DNA from: Bilabrum cf. latius
Lineage: Eukaryota
DNA: 64,000 nt
Assembly: GCA_965178125.1 (NCBI GenBank)
Contig: OZ237760.1
Coordinates: 496,001 to 560,000 of the forward strand
Reading direction: 5' to 3'
The position numbers and the translations under genes were made by a program. The notes beneath the pieces were generated by a model. The model was not told the DNA's origin. It saw only the letters and a list, made by a program, of their open reading frames with translations, and made no database searches. Position 1 is the first letter of the stretch, and each line of letters begins with the position of its first letter. Shown here piece after piece: positions 1 through 12,000 of the stretch.

Positions 1-272
1 ATCTTCCTATGAGATCCCTGACACGATTGCGAGCGAATACGTTCATACCAATGAGATATCTTACCACGTCCGCGACCTCTACCAGCCATAGTTATGATTT
101 ATGAAACTCGCTGAATGACCTGGGGGCTACTGAATTGACACAGTTGGGTCAAGGACAGCGTGGCGGGCGGTCTTTCATAACTGCACGTTACAGGGCGCCG
201 CCAGCGGAACTTTTGTCGATACTCGCGAGCAATTGCTTCATCCGAGAGTCTTGTTTAAACTTTCCTTCGCCA

Positions 273-1334
273 ATGCGATTCATTTGCTCGTATAAGCATT
301 CTGTTGCTTCGGTGGTATTCTGTGAGGCGCACTTGACGATGACGCCATTGTTGGCGATTATTGCAGTTGCTCGGTCCTGGCTGATGCATCGATTCGCCAA
401 TTCGTGACTTTGCACCGCAGCGGCCGCGGTTTCTATGGAACGAATAGCAAAGACAGTAACTCTTCGAATGTCTGCGGACAGATTGCAGATCTTCGCCGAC
501 AACAACGAGTGCAAAGCCTACGCAGAATTGAAAGTTGCAAGTGTATTCGACGATTGGCGGGTAGAAAGCCGGGCTGATAACGTAATTGGCCTCGGTATTC
601 CATCTAAAGCACTTGCAAGCGCCTGTAAATCAAGCTAGGATGCCTTCAAGACGACATTTAGGCTGACGAAGCGCGGCGGAGCCCCGTTCCTGTCATTTCA
701 AATGAGCAACGAGGACGAAACTCGCGTCTACACCGCTGATCTCCCGGTAGTGATTCTCGTTGGGAGCGCTGCTTAGGCATTAGAAGAACCGAGCGTTCCG
801 TCCGTGACTCTTCAGATGCAAGCCCCGAGTCCACGTGCCGCCCAAGCCGTGCTCGAGAGGATGAAGGCCCTCCGTGCCAAGCGGGTGCAAGTGGCTGCTG
901 CCACCGCTGGAGTCGTGTCCTTCAGCGTCAGGAGCGACCTAGTCGCGGTCCAGTCGTTTTTCTAGGACCTCGAGGAGGCAAGGGCGGGCTCAGGGGCCGG
1001 TTCGGCAGGAGGGGGCCACCTCACCGTGGAGGGCACCGCAGACCTGGGTGCCCTCTTGCTCGTGGCGGCGTCGGCGGCTGCAGCCCCGAAAGTGTCCGCG
1101 CACGTGCTGACAGTCTCTGCACCATCTACGCTTGGATGGCTCTGCGGCCTTGAGGGCGGCATGGGGTCTGCGGTCTTTTTGCTAGCTTTGGACGACGTTC
1201 GAGTGCAGAGGGTGAGTGCCGGGCCAGGGGGCGATGGCGAGGGCGATGGCGAGGGCCAGGAGGCGCAGGACGGCGGCGCGGGGTCGGAACTAGGGGCTGA
1301 GGCAGTGAAAGGTATGAGCGGCAAGGAGACGTGA
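273..1334 (+). CDS. HUS1: HUS1-like checkpoint clamp (9-1-1 complex) subunit; exons 273-321 and 421-1334; 3 in-frame TAG (636, 774, 963) read as Gln
   Basis: The spliced translation MRFICSYKHSVASVVFSAAVSMERIAKTVTLRMS...VFDDWRVESRADNVIGL...LASACKSS*DAFKTTFRLTKRGGAPFLSF...DLPV...LEEP...VLERMK matches the Hus1 pattern. Intron 322-420 (gtgagg...ccgcag) restores the frame. Ends in TGA. Confidence 0.85.
322..420 (+). other. Spliceosomal intron in HUS1 (99 bp)
   Basis: gtgagg...ccgcag; removal joins the ATG exon to the Hus1 frame. Confidence 0.8.
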
Positions 1335-1538
1335 GGCTGGCGCGTTGGCCCGCTCTGTCGCCGTATCGAGCCACGCCTGGCCTGTAAAGAGAGCTAGGTG
1401 AGATTGTTAGACCACCAGTTGGGCTTGTTGGACAAGCATGGGGTCCAGCCGCCCCGGTGGGGGAGATCTAGAATCCAGATCAGATCTGATCTGATCGCAC
1501 ATGCCTATGTGCTTCTCGTTGGCAACAATTAGAAGCAT

Positions 1539-3965
1539 TCATGTCTTGTCTTTGCCGCTGAGTCGTCGTCTCGAGGAGGACCTAGATCGAGAACCGGCAA
1601 TGCCCTTGCCTTTGGACGGCGGCTTGGCCCCTGGGCCTAGTGGGCTGGACGGTGGCTTGGCACCTGCATTCCGTGGGCTGGACGGCGGCTTAGCCCCTGC
1701 ACTCCGTGGGCTGGATGGCGGCTTTGCCCCTGGGCCTCGTGGGCTGGGCGGCGGCTTGGCCCCTGCACTCCGTGGGCTGGACGGCGGCTTTGCCCCTGGG
1801 CCTCGTGGGCTGGGCGGCGGCTTTGCCCCTGCACTCCGTGGGCTGGACGGCGGCTTGGCCCCTGCACTCCGTGGGCTGGACGGCGGCTTGGCCCCTGCAC
1901 TCCGTGGGCTGGACGGCGGCTTGGCCCCTGCACTCCGTGGGCTGGACGGCGGCTTGGCCCCTGCACTCCGTGGGCTGGACGGCGGCTTGGCCCCTGCACT
2001 CCGTGGGCTGGACGGCGGCTTGGCCCCTGCACTCCGTGGGCTGGACGGCGGCTTGGCCCCTGCACTCCGTGGGCTGGACGGCGGCTTGGCCCCTGGGCCT
2101 CGTGGGCTGGACGGCGGCTTGGCCCCTGCACTCCGTGGGCTGGACGGCGGCTTGGCCCCTGCACTCCGTGGGCTGGACGGCGGCTTGGCCCCTGCACTCC
2201 GTGGGCTGGACGGCGGCTTGGCCCCTGCACTCCGTGGGCTGGACGGCGGCTTGGCCCCTGCACTCCGTGGGCTGGACGGCGGCTTGGCCCCTGCACTCCG
2301 TGGGCTGGACGGCGGCTTTGCCCCTGGGCCTCGTGGGCTGGACGGCGGCTTGGCCCCTGCACTCCGTGGGCTGGACGCCGGCTTGGCCCCTGGGCCTCGT
2401 GGGCTGGACGGCGGCTTGGCCCCTGGGCCTCGTGGGCTGGACGCCGGCTTGGCCCCTGCACTCCGTGGGCTGGACGGCGGCTTTGCCCCTGGGCCTCGTG
2501 GGCTGGACGGCGGCTTGGCCCCTGCACTCCGTGGGCTGGACGCCGGCTTGGCCCCTGGGCCTCGTGGGCTGGACGGCGGCTTGGCCCCTGGGCCTCGTGG
2601 GCTGGACGCCGGCTTGGCCCCTGCACTCCGTGGGCTGGACGCCGGCTTGGCCCCTGGGCCTCGTGGGCTGGACGCCGGCTTGGCCCCTGCACTCCGTGGG
2701 CTGGACGGTGGCTTGGCACCTGCACTCCGTGGGCTGGACGGCGGCTTGGCACCTGCACTCCGTGGGCTGGACGGCGGCCCCATGGCTGAAGGTCGAGTGT
2801 TTTTGCCCGCCCTTGGGTGCTGCTTTGACCTGGTCTTGGATCCGCTGCGCTTGCGGTGGGGCGGCACACTGCCTGTGCTTGGCGGTGGGCTACTCGTCAG
2901 GACGGGCGGTATCGGGGCACTGGGTCTCTTGCTTGGTGCAGGCGCAGGTGCACCTGCAGGTTTGTGGGCTGGTGGTACTGCACCAGGCTATCCCGACGAT
3001 ACTTTGTCCTGCTTTTCTTTGCCTATGGACGGTCTGCCCTGCTTGCCACTGATGGATTGCTCCGATAGAGTTTGATTCCTTTCACTCGCTGCGCATCGTT
3101 CGATTGCCCTGTCCCCAGTTGGCAGCGGAAGCTTTGGCGGTGCCGTCGCAACGCCGTCCGCAGCTTCGTTTTCTATTGTATTCGATGGATTTCCTTCCAT
3201 ACTGCCAAGGCAGTCGGCCCCACCACCAAGCGCAAACTGCATGTACCGCTCAGCAAAGGACCGAGGCCTGCTCGCCCCATGCTCTCCATCCTTCCTTTCC
3301 TGCTAGGAGCGTCTCTGGGCAATATCTCGGTCCATGCGCTATCTCTCAATTGCCGAGAGGCTCATTTGCTGGGGTGTTGAGGTACTGGCTCCCAGCGCAC
3401 CGCTGGGTCTGGCCTTCTAGCCCTCAGCAGTCTATGGAGTTCGCAGCAGAGGCAAGTACCACGGTTCTGATCGCTTCAGGGGGGACTATCGCGGCGTGGC
3501 CCCAACACGACTAGCGGCCATAGCATCATGTGTATGCAATCGACTCCCAGTGGCATTTACGGACGCCCTGGACAGAGCCCGCTCGAGCTGTGTAGCACGC
3601 TCGACTGCCTCTGCCTCCCGCTGTAGAGCCTCCGCAAGAGATCGTTCCAGTCGCGCAACTACCGAGCGGAGGGCATCATTTTCGCTCTAAAGTAGTGAAA
3701 ACACCCTAGGTTTCTACCGGGAGGGTACGCCAGTAGCTACTAATGCGCGTGATGAGGTGCTTGCTGCTGTTGCTGGCTGCGCCCGCAAGTCTTCGATGGG
3801 TCGCTGGGAGGTGCCCCTCACAGAAACGACAAATCGCATCCTTTGCATTGCTCCGTTTTGGTTATCACCACTGCCATGGGACCGTGGGGGTGCCGAAGGC
3901 GATCGCATAGTAGATCCGGAGGCCCTCCTCGGTTTCAGGCGGACAGTTATGCTAGATTCTTCCAT
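1539..3965 (-). CDS. Hypothetical ~808-aa protein: short coiled coil plus C-terminal ~35x 11-aa basic Ser/Pro repeat (GAKPPSSPRSA / GAKPPSSPRGP)
   Basis: ORF fragments 3714-4073, 2988-3242 and 1539-2867 share one frame and are separated only by TAG (~8). ATG at 3965 (MEESSITVRLK), TGA at 1539-1541. Confidence 0.7.
1612..2778. repeat. 33-bp coding tandem repeat (minisatellite), ~35 copies
   Basis: Unit ctggacggcggcttggcccctgcactccgtggg, with variants cctgggcctcgt, ctggacgccggc and ggctttgcc, is directly visible. Confidence 0.97.
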
Positions 3966-4154
3966 CCTAGCTCTGCTGACGATGAAAAAAATCACGTAAT
4001 GACTCCAATTTTGGCTACAGAACTGACAGAAGAAGGTAGGAAGCCACAACAAGGCCGATATGGTTTGGCTCAACGACTACATCCGGTTTCCGGTTTCTCG
4101 GTCTGCGGCACGATGCCACCCATCCGTCTCTGGCGCCCAGACGCCATCGGTCCA

Positions 4155-6155
4155 TCAGCCCCGCATGTGACGAAGGTGCGGCTGGAACACCCGGCTCTCA
4201 AACCTGTCCGCTCTGGGGATTTTCACCGCTCGATCCCGCCTCGAGGTCGACAGCCCGGCGGCCCCATCCACCACCCCTGAGCCGCCCCCCCTGCCGGCAA
4301 TCCTGCTGTCTGCAGCGCCGCTCCCTGCCACCCCTCGGAAATATGCCCCCGGCCCTGGAGAGTGCCTGCCCCTCTGAGACTCAGCTGACGTGGGATCCGT
4401 CTGCCGCTGGGCCTTCGAGAAAGCAGCCCGTGGGCTCCTCGGCCTGTGCGAGAGCATCTGACCCCTGGCCAGCATCCCGTCGTTCTCCTCCAGCTGGTAG
4501 TGCCCCGGGCCAGGGAGATCCCTTGAAGCCAGTGGCGCGTCCAAGTCCTTGCCTCCGAAGGACAAAGAGGGCACGGCACGGTGCCTCGCGTGTCTCTCGC
4601 TCGGGGGAGGCAGCTTGCCGGGGCCGGGGGAAGCAGCTCCCAGCCCGGGTTTGTCCACGTCCACGCCCACTGCCATCTGCACCGGATGCACCATGTGCGC
4701 CTGCTGTTCCCTGGTGGCCCTGGCGAACGTTCGTCCGACGTAGTGCTGCCTCTTCCGCTAAGAGGGGAAGAACATGGCCTGCCGAGTCGCCTCCAGGCTG
4801 TACTTGTCCGGGGCCGGCTCCTCGCGGCGAAGCAGGGCGAACGTTCCTTCCCTCGCGTACTTGACCGAGGTGGCCGCGAAGCCCACCCGCCGGCCGCTCG
4901 CCCGCCCGCCCGCCCTCGATCGCCCCCTCATCCCTCCTGACACCGAGCCCAAGTTCCCCGCACGGCCGCTGGTCCCCTCCGCCCTCGTGCCTCGCGCCGA
5001 TCGGAGCTGCGCCCGCATGCTCCCCGGGGGATCGTCGTCAGCGGAACCGGCCGCGCGGCGCCGCGCATCTGCCCGGAGCTTGGTGGCCCTGTCCCTGAGC
5101 TCCGCCTCCACCTCGTCCTCGTCCACCACGGGGGGCAGAGGCAGGCCAGGCACCTTGGGCCCGCGGCGCCGGCGACTCGACCGGCCCTTCTCGTTCCCTC
5201 TCAGGTTCTCGTTCTCGCCGTCGGGCGACTTCCATTCGTCCCTCCAGGCCCCCCTGTGTTCCCCGACCGACGTGGCTGGCCTGCGGGGAGACGCACCCGC
5301 TCTGCTCCTCCCCCCCCTAGCCTGTTCCTCTTCCTCTTCTCTCACAGCCGCCGCCATGGCCCACGCCCGGCCCTCCCCCCCCTTGGCCGGCCTGGCCTGC
5401 CACAACGTGCCCCTCTTGAGCTTCCGCTGCAGGATAGCCGCCTCCACCCTCTCCCTTCTGCTCCTCCTCTCCTCCTCCCAGTGCTCGTGCTCCTGCCTCG
5501 CCCTCTCGGCTGCCTCTCTGGCCCGCTACCACTGAGCCTTGGGATCTGCAGCAGCGGTGCCGCCGCGGGAGCCCAGGGCCCTGCGTGCCATGGGGGCCCC
5601 CGCGTCCCCAAAGACGGGGCGCAAGGGGTCCCTCGGGTGGTGCGATCCCGGCCCTATGCCGGCCGCATCGCTGGCTGCCTCCGACTTGAGCCGTCCCATC
5701 TTGGGCGACCTGGATCGGAGGGTCGCGGCCGCCCGTGGCCTGCGGAACCCGGACAGGGCAGCTTCGTTGCCCACCCTGCCGGCCAAGTCGGCCGAGTACT
5801 CTGCTTCCTGCGTCTCAGTGGAGGGCATGTTGGCGTTGTGAGCCCTCGAGATGTAGGTCGATTGCATCGAGCCGAAGCGCGGTGAGCGGGTGAAGGATAC
5901 GGCGGGTGAGCTCGACCTGCCTGAAGTAACTTGCTAGCCAATGGACGATATAGGAAGAGCTGCTTGCGCGTCTCTCGGGTGTGCGAACCCGGCGCGGGTG
6001 GCCCTAGCTCGCTACCGAGGCGACAGCGTGCTCCAGTCGCCCGTGCCGTCGGCGCCTCTAGCGAGCGGTGGACGCGGGCGGCTGGCTGCATTTGCGCCAG
6101 ATTGTATGCTCATGGTACGCACAGTGGCATCCAGCAGGCTGCCCGTCGTATCCAT
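4155..6155 (-). CDS. SHIPPO-repeat (ODF3/STPG-like, PGPGxY) flagellar/microtubule-associated protein, ~666 aa
   Basis: One frame through 4 TAGs. Motifs SSIG*QVTSGRSSSPAVSF, IGPGSH, SPGPGK, LPGPGHY and SPGPGAY. ATG at 6155, TGA at 4155-4157. Confidence 0.75.
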
Positions 6156-6512
6156 CCCTGATTCTTGCCGGAGAAGGCGACTCCTTGCCGGTGAATCGGG
6201 GTTGAGAAACGGTCAAATTCGCGTGGTTAGGCTTCAAGTCAACCTAATATCCGAGAGACAAGTCGATCGAGCACGCCCAGTAATGATTATTTAGAACCCT
6301 GCTGGTTAGGAGATTTCACCTGCGGTTGCAGTCGGCTGGTTTCCGGTGCACTCCATCGCTGGTTTGTATCTTCATCTATTCACTGCCAGTGTGAGGTTAC
6401 AACCGCTTGTGATCGGGGCCCAAACGGATACACAGCATCCTTCGGCTCGCCCTCGAGCGATTTATTCCAGAACATCAGACTAATTTCTAAGACTTCTTCT
6501 TTATAAATCAAC

Positions 6513-7988
6513 ATGGCGAGTCGATAGAGGCGTGGAGCCGGACGAGGCGGCCCAGGGAGGGCGCCGCCGGCTGTTATGTCGGCTGGCGAGCTCGTTCGAA
6601 TCAGGCGCCTTGCTGGCGCCGGGGAGCTCATCACCCGGCCAGACGCCGATGCAATTGCACGTTAGGAAGACCGGCAGCGCCGACGAAAGGAATTGTCTCA
6701 GACCAAGGCCGGGCGCTGGCCGAACACGCTCCAGGCGCTCCGAGACAGGAAAGAGAAGGCTCGGGACGCCCGCCTGACAAAAGTAGAAATCGAAAAGCGT
6801 ATCTAGGACGAAATTGAGCGCGAACGAACGGCTCGAGAAAAGCTTGAGTAGCTGCGCGCGGCCAACCGCGCCCTCTTGGAAGAAACGGATCGCATGAAGC
6901 TCCTCCGCAGCCGGCGGATGATGTCGGACATCGAAGAAGTCAGGAAGCGACAGCTGGCCCAGAAGGCCCAGCTGAAGCAACTGAGAGATAGGTCCGAGCG
7001 GGAGCACCTGACGGCGCACCAGCGCGCCCTAGAGGACTACGACAAGCGGGGCGTCGAGGCCCAGGCGAAGGCCCAGACGAAGAGGGGGGAGGTGGCGAAG
7101 GAAATCAGGGCGCAGCTCGAGGCGAGCAAGCGCCGGGAACTGGATCGGCTGGAGGCCATCCGGCAGGACGGGCTCAGGATCCGCCGCGAGACCGAGGATG
7201 CCGCGGAGGAGGAGCGCCGCAAGGAGGAGGCGAGGCGGGAGCTGCTCCGGAAGAACAACATGGAGATGCTCAGGGCCAACCGGGAGCTGCAGGAGCACAA
7301 GAAGGAGCAGGCAAAGAAAGAGGCGGACGAGGACGCACGCATGGAGGCGTACGTGGCCAGCAAGCAGCGGGCGGCGCTCAAGCAGGCCGAGTTCATCCGG
7401 GGCAAGAAGGAGGCGGCCGACAGGCGGGCCAAGCAGATCCGGGAGAAGGTCGAGAAGGATTTCACGTCCTTTATGGCGGACGAGGGGGCAAGGGCCAGCA
7501 AGGCCGCCACTGAGAAGAGAGAGGAGGAGGACAAGCATGCAGCCGATCTGGAGGCGAGGCGACAGGCGGACTTGAGGGAGAGGCAGCGGTCCTGGCAGGC
7601 GCAGCTGGATCGCAAGGCGAGGGCGAAGAAGCAGGCGCTGGCGGACGACCGCGCCAACTTGAGCAAGTGGGGGGCCATCATATACGGCCTAGAGAAGGAG
7701 GAGCTGGAGCTGCAGCAGAAGAGGAGGGCGGAGGCCAAGGCGATCGCACAGGAGAACCTGAGGGCAGCCGCGAGAAAGGCCAGGACGGTGGACCGCAGGC
7801 GGGAGGCCGAGTACAAGGAGGACCAGGAGGCGACTGATACCCTGGTGCACGGAGACGATACCTTCAAGAGAGAGGCGGCCATGCTTGTGGAGGAGGAGAG
7901 GAGGAGGGGCCACCAGACGCTGGCGCTGGAGAGGTCCATCAAGAAGATCGAGAAGGAGCCGCTGCTTCCCGCGGGGCCGCTCATCTGA
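6513..7988 (+). CDS. CFAP210: Cilia/flagella-associated protein CFAP210/CCDC173-like (trichohyalin-plectin-homology coiled coil), ~491 aa
   Basis: ATG 6513; in-frame TAG at 6525, 6663, 6804 and 6849. RWPNTLQALR motif followed by ETDRMK and a long E/K/R-rich coiled coil. Ends in TGA. Confidence 0.7.
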
Positions 7989-8116
7989 TGCATGAGCGGA
8001 GGAGGGCCACCGTGGGCAGTATGTGCGTGGGTTGCGGGCGCCTTGTGATTTGTAGCCCGCAAATGAGAGCCAGAATGCTTGGCTAGCTCTGTACATGCCT
8101 CTTTTTGCCGTCATTA

Positions 8117-8920
8117 TTACTGCTTCTCAGGATCGGTGGCTGCCTATTGTAAGCCTCGATCGGACTAGGCCTGTGCCTGCTAGTAGGCCTGTGCCTGCAT
8201 GGCAGCTGCCCATACTGCAGCGTCCTCATCATCATCCTCTCCATCTTGCTCTTTGCCCGTGCCTTTCGGCGTCCCGTCTTCTCCTGTCGCGGCGCCATCG
8301 GTTGCTCGGCTGCTGCTCGCATTGCCCTCACCCCACCCTGCCGGTATGTTGGGATCCACGCGTCGGCCGTGGGCATCCAGGACCACGGCAGGAATCACAA
8401 CCGTGCTTCGCTGGACCTGATCGCTCGACTGTACGTCGCTGGAGCCAACCAAAGCCGCACCTGCCACCGATTCTGCCTGATCCTCACTGGCAGGTGGAGC
8501 AGGTTCCCCTGCGGCAAGTGCTACCTTGGGGACTATCACCTTCTTGCCGTCCTGCACAAGGACCTGCCCGCCACCAAGCGACTGACTCATTCTCTGCATT
8601 GACTCTGCGACCGCAGCTTCTCGGATCCTGCGCTGCTGCTGGACCTACCGGCCGACTGCAAACGCGCCGCAAGTCGTCCCTGCGATGGCGCCACCAGCAA
8701 GCATCAGACTCCTTCGAGCGGGCGCTCTGCGGTTCAAGTACGGCCAAATATTAGACATTGTCTTTCCTCCTAGAGCAAAAGCAAGTGCGCAGCCAAGCAT
8801 GCCACCCGCGGCCGCACCTGCAACCACCCGAATCCTATCATTTTCCCTTCCTTTCGATACTTCTCGTTGCTGATTAGCGGCCACTATCTCAGGTAGCGAT
8901 ATTTTACGCTCCTACTGCAT
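8117..8920 (-). CDS. Hypothetical membrane protein with two Gly-rich hydrophobic segments, ~267 aa; ends TAA-TAA-TGA
   Basis: M-Q-*-ERKISLPEIVAANQQ...VVAGAAAGGMLGCALAFALGG...LMLAGGAIAGTTCGAFAVGR*VQQQRR...QAQAY*QAQA*SDRGLQ*AATDPEKQ, then a triple stop at 8111-8119. Confidence 0.65.
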
Positions 8921-9063
8921 TCCAGGGTGCACTTCTAGCTATTGTACGTTGAGTAGTTGCCTCCAAAATGTCCTCGGATGGTTCCCACTCGTCATGGCCC
9001 CGGGAGTGGCTTGACGCGACGAGACTCTTGCGCTGCCACGACAAGAAACAGTGCACCCCGAAC

Positions 9064-12000
9064 ATGTCATCGGGTGCGTCGCGATCCATACTGGGCCGAC
9101 TGTACGATGCTGTTGCAGGCGGTAGCAATGAGGTCAGGCGGGCCCGGGCATTGCAAGAAGCACTGGGGCGGCGAAAGCGCGATGCCGGCTCAGACGCCTC
9201 TCGGTACGTTAAAGATGCAAAATTACACGAAAAGGATGCCAATAAAGTTGCTAGGGACGGATTCGAGAGGCTAACTTTGCTGCACTCGTGGTGCCTGTGG
9301 AGCATCGTCCCCATGTTCCGAAAACAGTCCATCCTCGGATACAAACGCGAGAAGCTTCGCTTTGCATTGAATGGCAGAGCGGCTGCTATCTTGAGGCGCC
9401 ACGAAGCACAGCTAGATGCCGCCGTTGGGGAGCTGAAAGAGAGGCTGTCGTCTGGAAGGGTTGACGCAGATTGGCTCGACGCACTGGAAACCAAGTGCAC
9501 CACAAACACCTCCTTGTCGGATCTCATCAAGCAGGATCAGAAAGTGCATCGAATCCGAGTTTCTTTGCAGCGAACGCACTAGCAACTGGCTCGCGTGGAT
9601 GCAGAGGTACGAGCTTCGCGAGACTTGCTCAGGCTAGAAAGCGCCGGCGCCCGCCGTGCCGCCTTGCTGGACGCCGTGCTCGGCGAATCCAAGGAGCGGG
9701 CTCTGTAGAGAGCGGAGGACGCCACGATCGACGCGATGGAACGGGCGTACCGCGAGGACTAGTTCAACCGGGCGAAGCGCCTGCACGAGGCGAGGATGAA
9801 GCGGAGAGAGAAGGCGGCGGGAAGAGCCGCGCGGGGCGGCGACGACGCGGGAGGGGTCGTGCGAGGGAGCAGTTACACTGCAGCGGTATCGACCAAGGAG
9901 GGCGATGGCGCCGTGAATAAGGAGGAGGATGGGGAGGAGGAGGAGGAGGATCCTGTCTTGCAGCTGCCTAGCCCTCCACCCCCATTTCTGCTCCGAGTCC
10001 TCAGGATGGTGGTGCGGGCGGGGGCTGCCTCTACCGATCACTGCGTCCCGGTGCCTGGCCTAGACGGTGAGCTGCAGAGTGCGGACGCAACGGCGGACGC
10101 GGCTGCGCGGGAGGCTGCAGCGGCGATCGAGGGTGCGATGGGGGGTGCGGGCGGGCGCGGGTCGCTGGACACTGGGTCGTTCGGGGCTGGATTGGGTGGG
10201 GAGGGGGCGGATGGGCGGCACGGGGGTCGAACGAGACGAATGGTGCTACTGGAGGAGGAGCTGGACGATGGGAGCGATGGCGAGGAGGAGAAGCAGGGGA
10301 AAAGGCAGCAGTCCACCTTGCCTGGTGGCAGCGCCGTCACCATGCAAACGCCTGCTTCCGTCCGAGGCGAAGATCCCGAGGATGCAAACACCGGAGGAGC
10401 ACCCGAACCGCTCTCCCTCCCCCCCACCGCCCCTCCAAGGCAGCAGCAGGAGCAGCAGGCTGGAACGGCGGAGACAGCAGCCCCACGGGCCCGCTGCCCC
10501 TCCGCCTCGGGCCCGCAGACTCGTGTGAGGGCTGGCTCAGTCGCCTCTGCGGAGTCGGGCAGGTCCAAGGAAACTGAGGCATCCAAAGAGGCGCCTGACT
10601 CCAAAGAGGGGCAGGATGATGCTGCAATAGCGCATGATCCCGCTGGGATCACCCCCGCCGGCCCCGGATCTGCGAGGCCCCCCATGGCCTCGAAGCCGAG
10701 GTCCAGGAGGAGGGTGGGCCGGCCCATGCCCCTGCGAGCCAGCCGCCGATCCTCCTACCACGTGGGCTCAGGGGCCGGCGCGGGGACTGGGCTAGTGGGG
10801 GAGGTGGGGGCTGGGGCACAGCTTGGGCTGGGCGTGACTCCTGTGGGCGGATCTGTCCGGCGTGTGATGTCCATGGCGGCGGTTGGCGGGTCTCAGCGGG
10901 CGCTGCTTGGGGCGGGAGCGCTTGTGGGGGCCGGCGATGCAAGCGGAGATGGGCGGGGTAGCTTTAACATGAAGCAAGGTTCGTCGGGGGCTTGGTAGAT
11001 TGTTCCCGGCATGGAAGGGCGGGTAGGGGGCTCCGTGTCGGCGGGCGTGCATGACATCGGGGTGCTGGAGGAGGCCAGGTCTCTGAGGGTGTCTATGGGG
11101 GCGCTGCCTCGGGCCAGGGCGTTCCTGGCCGGCATGCGTGAGCTGGCTGCTCTGTTTGGGTATCCGTTTGCGAGCGTGGACGGGTGGTGGGTGAGGGAGA
11201 GGGAGCGGATGGAGAGGGCCTCTCTCTTCCGTCGGCTGTGCGGAGACTCTAGGCTGCGAGAGGGGAGGGTGCTCACTCGCTGGACAGAGCAGGCTCTCGG
11301 CAGCAATCGGACGTGCCTCTTCCATGACGACCAGCAGCTGGCAGTGCTGGGCCCCAGGCTCAGCGCGGATGGTAGGTAGGGCACCAAGCAGAAGGAGCGG
11401 GCCCACGGCAGCCAGTCGCACAGGGGGGGGCACGCCAGGAGTGCCTCGCAGAAGCTGCCGCGAGCGGCCGCGCTGCAGAAGCAGGACGACGCAAGCAGGG
11501 GCGGACAAGGGGACAGCCCGTACGGAGGCTCCACGCCCGGCACGCCGGACGCCTCCCCGGGCCTGACGCCGGGCTTGGCAGCGCGAGGCACCAGCTCTGC
11601 CTCGAGCGAGCAGTCGGTCGCGTCGCGCTCGCCCCGTAGGGTCCGGTCCGAGGCAGCTCTGGGTGGCAGCGGGCGGCATCGCGGGGGCTTGCCGCCCGCT
11701 TCCGCATCTTCATCCAGAGCCAAGGTGGTGGGTGCCCACAGCCGACACTAGGCCCTTCCGCCTGGTGCACTGCCACCCTTCGACACGTCTGACTTGGCAG
11801 TGGCTGCCAGCAAGGTGCAGGTGTCGACCCACGACGAAGCGTGGTGGAAGGAGCTGCACGCCAGGGCCATGGAGGCCACGAAGGAGGCCAGGCGGAAGCG
11901 CTCGGGTGGCGCGGCGGCGGGCGGACAGAAAGCTAGCGAAGACGCAGACCAGGACGGGGACAGCTCACAGGAGCAGGCGGCCAAAGTGCCGACACCTCCT

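Noticed and set aside
1501-3075. Long plus-strand ORFs (524 aa and 448 aa) over the 33-bp repeat, or a CRISPR array
   Set aside because: These are shadow frames of a stop-free tandem repeat. There are no unique spacers or cas genes and the context is eukaryotic. The minus-strand frame joins a longer gene.
7029-8062. Numerous long antisense or overlapping ORFs here and throughout the window
   Set aside because: Expected by-product of GC-rich coding DNA. They lack recognisable motifs and mirror real genes on the opposite strand.
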